Shown here piece by piece: positions 62,710 to 64,000 of a DNA stretch of 64,000 nt. The first letter of the stretch is position 1. Each line of letters begins with the position of its first letter. Origin of the DNA: Candidatus Levyibacteriota bacterium (lineage in GTDB: Bacteria; Patescibacteriota; Microgenomatia; Levybacterales; UBA12049); assembly GCA_016182185.1 (NCBI GenBank), contig JACOXU010000001.1, positions 530,915-594,914 on the forward strand, in the 5' to 3' direction. Under the pieces are notes generated by a model. It was not told the DNA's origin. It worked only from the letters and a program-made list of their open reading frames with translations, and did not search any database. A program made the translations under genes and the position numbers.

Positions 62710-64000
62710 TTATCTACACATACCTAGATCTTCTGGATTCAGCCAGCCGGCGCCTCCATTTTCCCTTTCTGGATTCTTTCCGATATTTATATGAACATGG
62801 GGGAAAGAGGTCGACGCTATTGTTGTCACTATGTCTCCTGATTTATAAGTATTGCCATCGCCCGGTGGGTTAACAGACGGTCCGTTAAGATGAAGTAGGC
62901 GAAGATCCCAAATGTCGCTTCCAACAGTTGCCTTGAATACGTGGCCATAACCACCTCCGCTTCCCGGGGGGACAGCGTAGCTCGTTACATACTCCCAAGA
63001 AGCTGTTTGGTTGTTAAGAGTTGGGAGGTAAACAGGTGTTCCGGGTGAAGCCGGAACATCGATTGAGTGAGCTCTTCTCTGATCATTTGTCGCTTCAATG
63101 GTTCCCTGAAAACATACCCCATAAGAACGGCCGCAGTGCCCTCTGTCTATTGGCTCAGGCCCTGCGCAGGCGGACAGATTGTATTGCGGATCAGACATAA
63201 AGGAACCGCACGAAATAAAAGGAGTGATGTTTTGTCCTCCCTTAATGGGGCAAGAGGATGCAAGAGATGTTGCCTGACAGTTTATATAGCTATTCCAAAC
63301 ATCCTCTCCGTAATTATATGGTCCTTCAGAACAGCCACCTGGTCCATAACGAAGACAGCCATAATACCTTCTGGCAATTTCATATACGGTTGTCTGATCC
63401 CAAGGGCCATCTCCATTAATGCTTTGCTTGTCGTTTTTTACTTTAAATGCCGCTGCGGTAATCGAATCTCTTATGCTATAAATTCTAAGTATGTTCGCTG
63501 GGGCCATGTTATTAGGGGGATCTATGGTAGTTTTTACTCCATCTTTATCAAATAAAGTTTTCATCTCAACTGCGTTTCTGGTAAATACTCCAGCAAACGT
63601 TCCAGGGGTAAACTGCATTATTCCATAGGCGACTCCGCTTGAAACCGCATCGTAATCATTTTCTAAATAAGCCGGATCTGTTCTTGTAAAAGCGCCTTCT
63701 GATTCAACGCGCATTATGCCTGCAACAACCGCAGGCGGCACGCCTACCCGGTTTGAAATATCAGCAACAACAGCAGCCATTTGCGGGTTTCCAAACATTA
63801 CCTCAACCGTTGAGCTTCCACCTCTATAAAAAACACATGAAGATATATCTCCTGAGCCCGATCCTCCTCCTGGCGGTTGGGATCCTCCAGTTGATCCACC
63901 TTGAGAATCAAGCGCGACCCCGCTTCCCCCGCCAAGCAACATAAATAAGGTAAAGAGAATAATTAAAACTATGACAATAATAATGGCGGCGGGAATCCAA
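62710..64000 (-). CDS. membrane-anchored cell-wall hydrolase: lytic transglycosylase (SLT) domain plus C-terminal M23-like domain; 5' end beyond window
   Basis: AVVAGIMRVESEGAF ... AYGIMQFTPGTF (SLT catalytic Glu-Ser and the MQ motif). The C-terminal PHVHINIG and other His/Asp residues look M23/LytM-like. The reading frame stays open upstream of the track ATG through a hydrophobic helix (…IPAAIIIVIVLIILFTLF-MLLGGG) to the window edge, so the track start is not the true start. Confidence 0.6.
   Translation of the reverse strand, partial: WIPAAIIIVIVLIILFTLFMLLGGGSGVALDSQGGSTGGSQPPGGGSGSGDISSCVFYRGGSSTVEVMFGNPQMAAVVADISNRVGVPPAVVAGIMRVESEGAFTRTDPAYLENDYDAVSSGVAYGIMQFTPGTFAGVFTRNAVEMKTLFDKDGVKTTIDPPNNMAPANILRIYSIRDSITAAAFKVKNDKQSINGDGPWDQTTVYEIARRYYGCLRYGPGGCSEGPYNYGEDVWNSYINCQATSLASSCPIKGGQNITPFISCGSFMSDPQYNLSACAGPEPIDRGHCGRSYGVCFQGTIEATNDQRRAHSIDVPASPGTPVYLPTLNNQTASWEYVTSYAVPPGSGGGYGHVFKATVGSDIWDLRLLHLNGPSVNPPGDGNTYKSGDIVTTIASTSFPHVHINIGKNPERENGGAGWLNPEDLGMCR

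Overview
This is a low-GC, gene-dense window (about 85 genes, short intergenic regions, frequent overlapping stops and starts). It uses the standard genetic code: TGA and TAA are both used as stops. It looks like a small-genome, fermentative bacterium, most plausibly from the Candidate Phyla Radiation (Patescibacteria). Supporting this: many DUF-type membrane and secreted proteins with Pro/Thr-rich linkers, a FemX-like peptidoglycan transferase, a DUF4012 giant protein, an IMP dehydrogenase lacking CBS domains, glycolysis/fermentation enzymes but no respiratory genes, and leaderless-type promoters. Housekeeping content runs from the 3' end of a UvrD-family helicase (5'-truncated at the window edge) through eno and a D-2-hydroxyacid dehydrogenase, ppsA, msrB-msrA and uppP. 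It then covers the macromolecular-synthesis operon dnaG-rpoD plus an unknown third gene, followed by purA-purB. A purine block follows (guaB-guaA) with an inserted NUDIX/epimerase pair. Then come comM/yifB, a P-type Ca/Mg ATPase, csaA, ruvC-ruvA-ruvB, L25/Ctc and valS. The window ends with the replication origin region rnpA-rpmH | dnaA-dnaN, with DnaA boxes on both sides of dnaA. Non-core content includes a nickel superoxide dismutase with its maturation protease (sodN-sodX), a tRNA-Asn followed by a two-gene islet (Zn-ribbon DUF4145/HEPN-like protein plus unknown partner), a free-standing LAGLIDADG homing endonuclease immediately after the ATPase, which ends without a tenth transmembrane helix, and a divergent duplicate of the guaA 3' end flanking the NUDIX-epimerase cassette. 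The candidate novel system is a 3-kb accessory cluster at 44.3-47.3 kb. It holds three divergent paralogs of an unknown about 190-aa family, a cupin and a DUF433/DUF5615 toxin-antitoxin pair, each with its own leaderless-type TGATATAAT promoter and a repeated 21-nt intergenic element. Other observations: a roughly 90-nt repeated intergenic element (two copies), a lineage-specific N-terminal membrane-anchor motif shared by four secreted proteins, heptanucleotide tandem repeats inside coding regions (5 copies in an O-antigen-ligase-like gene, a phase-variation candidate), and a dockerin on a CAP-domain protein. No CRISPR array, rRNA or transposase was seen.
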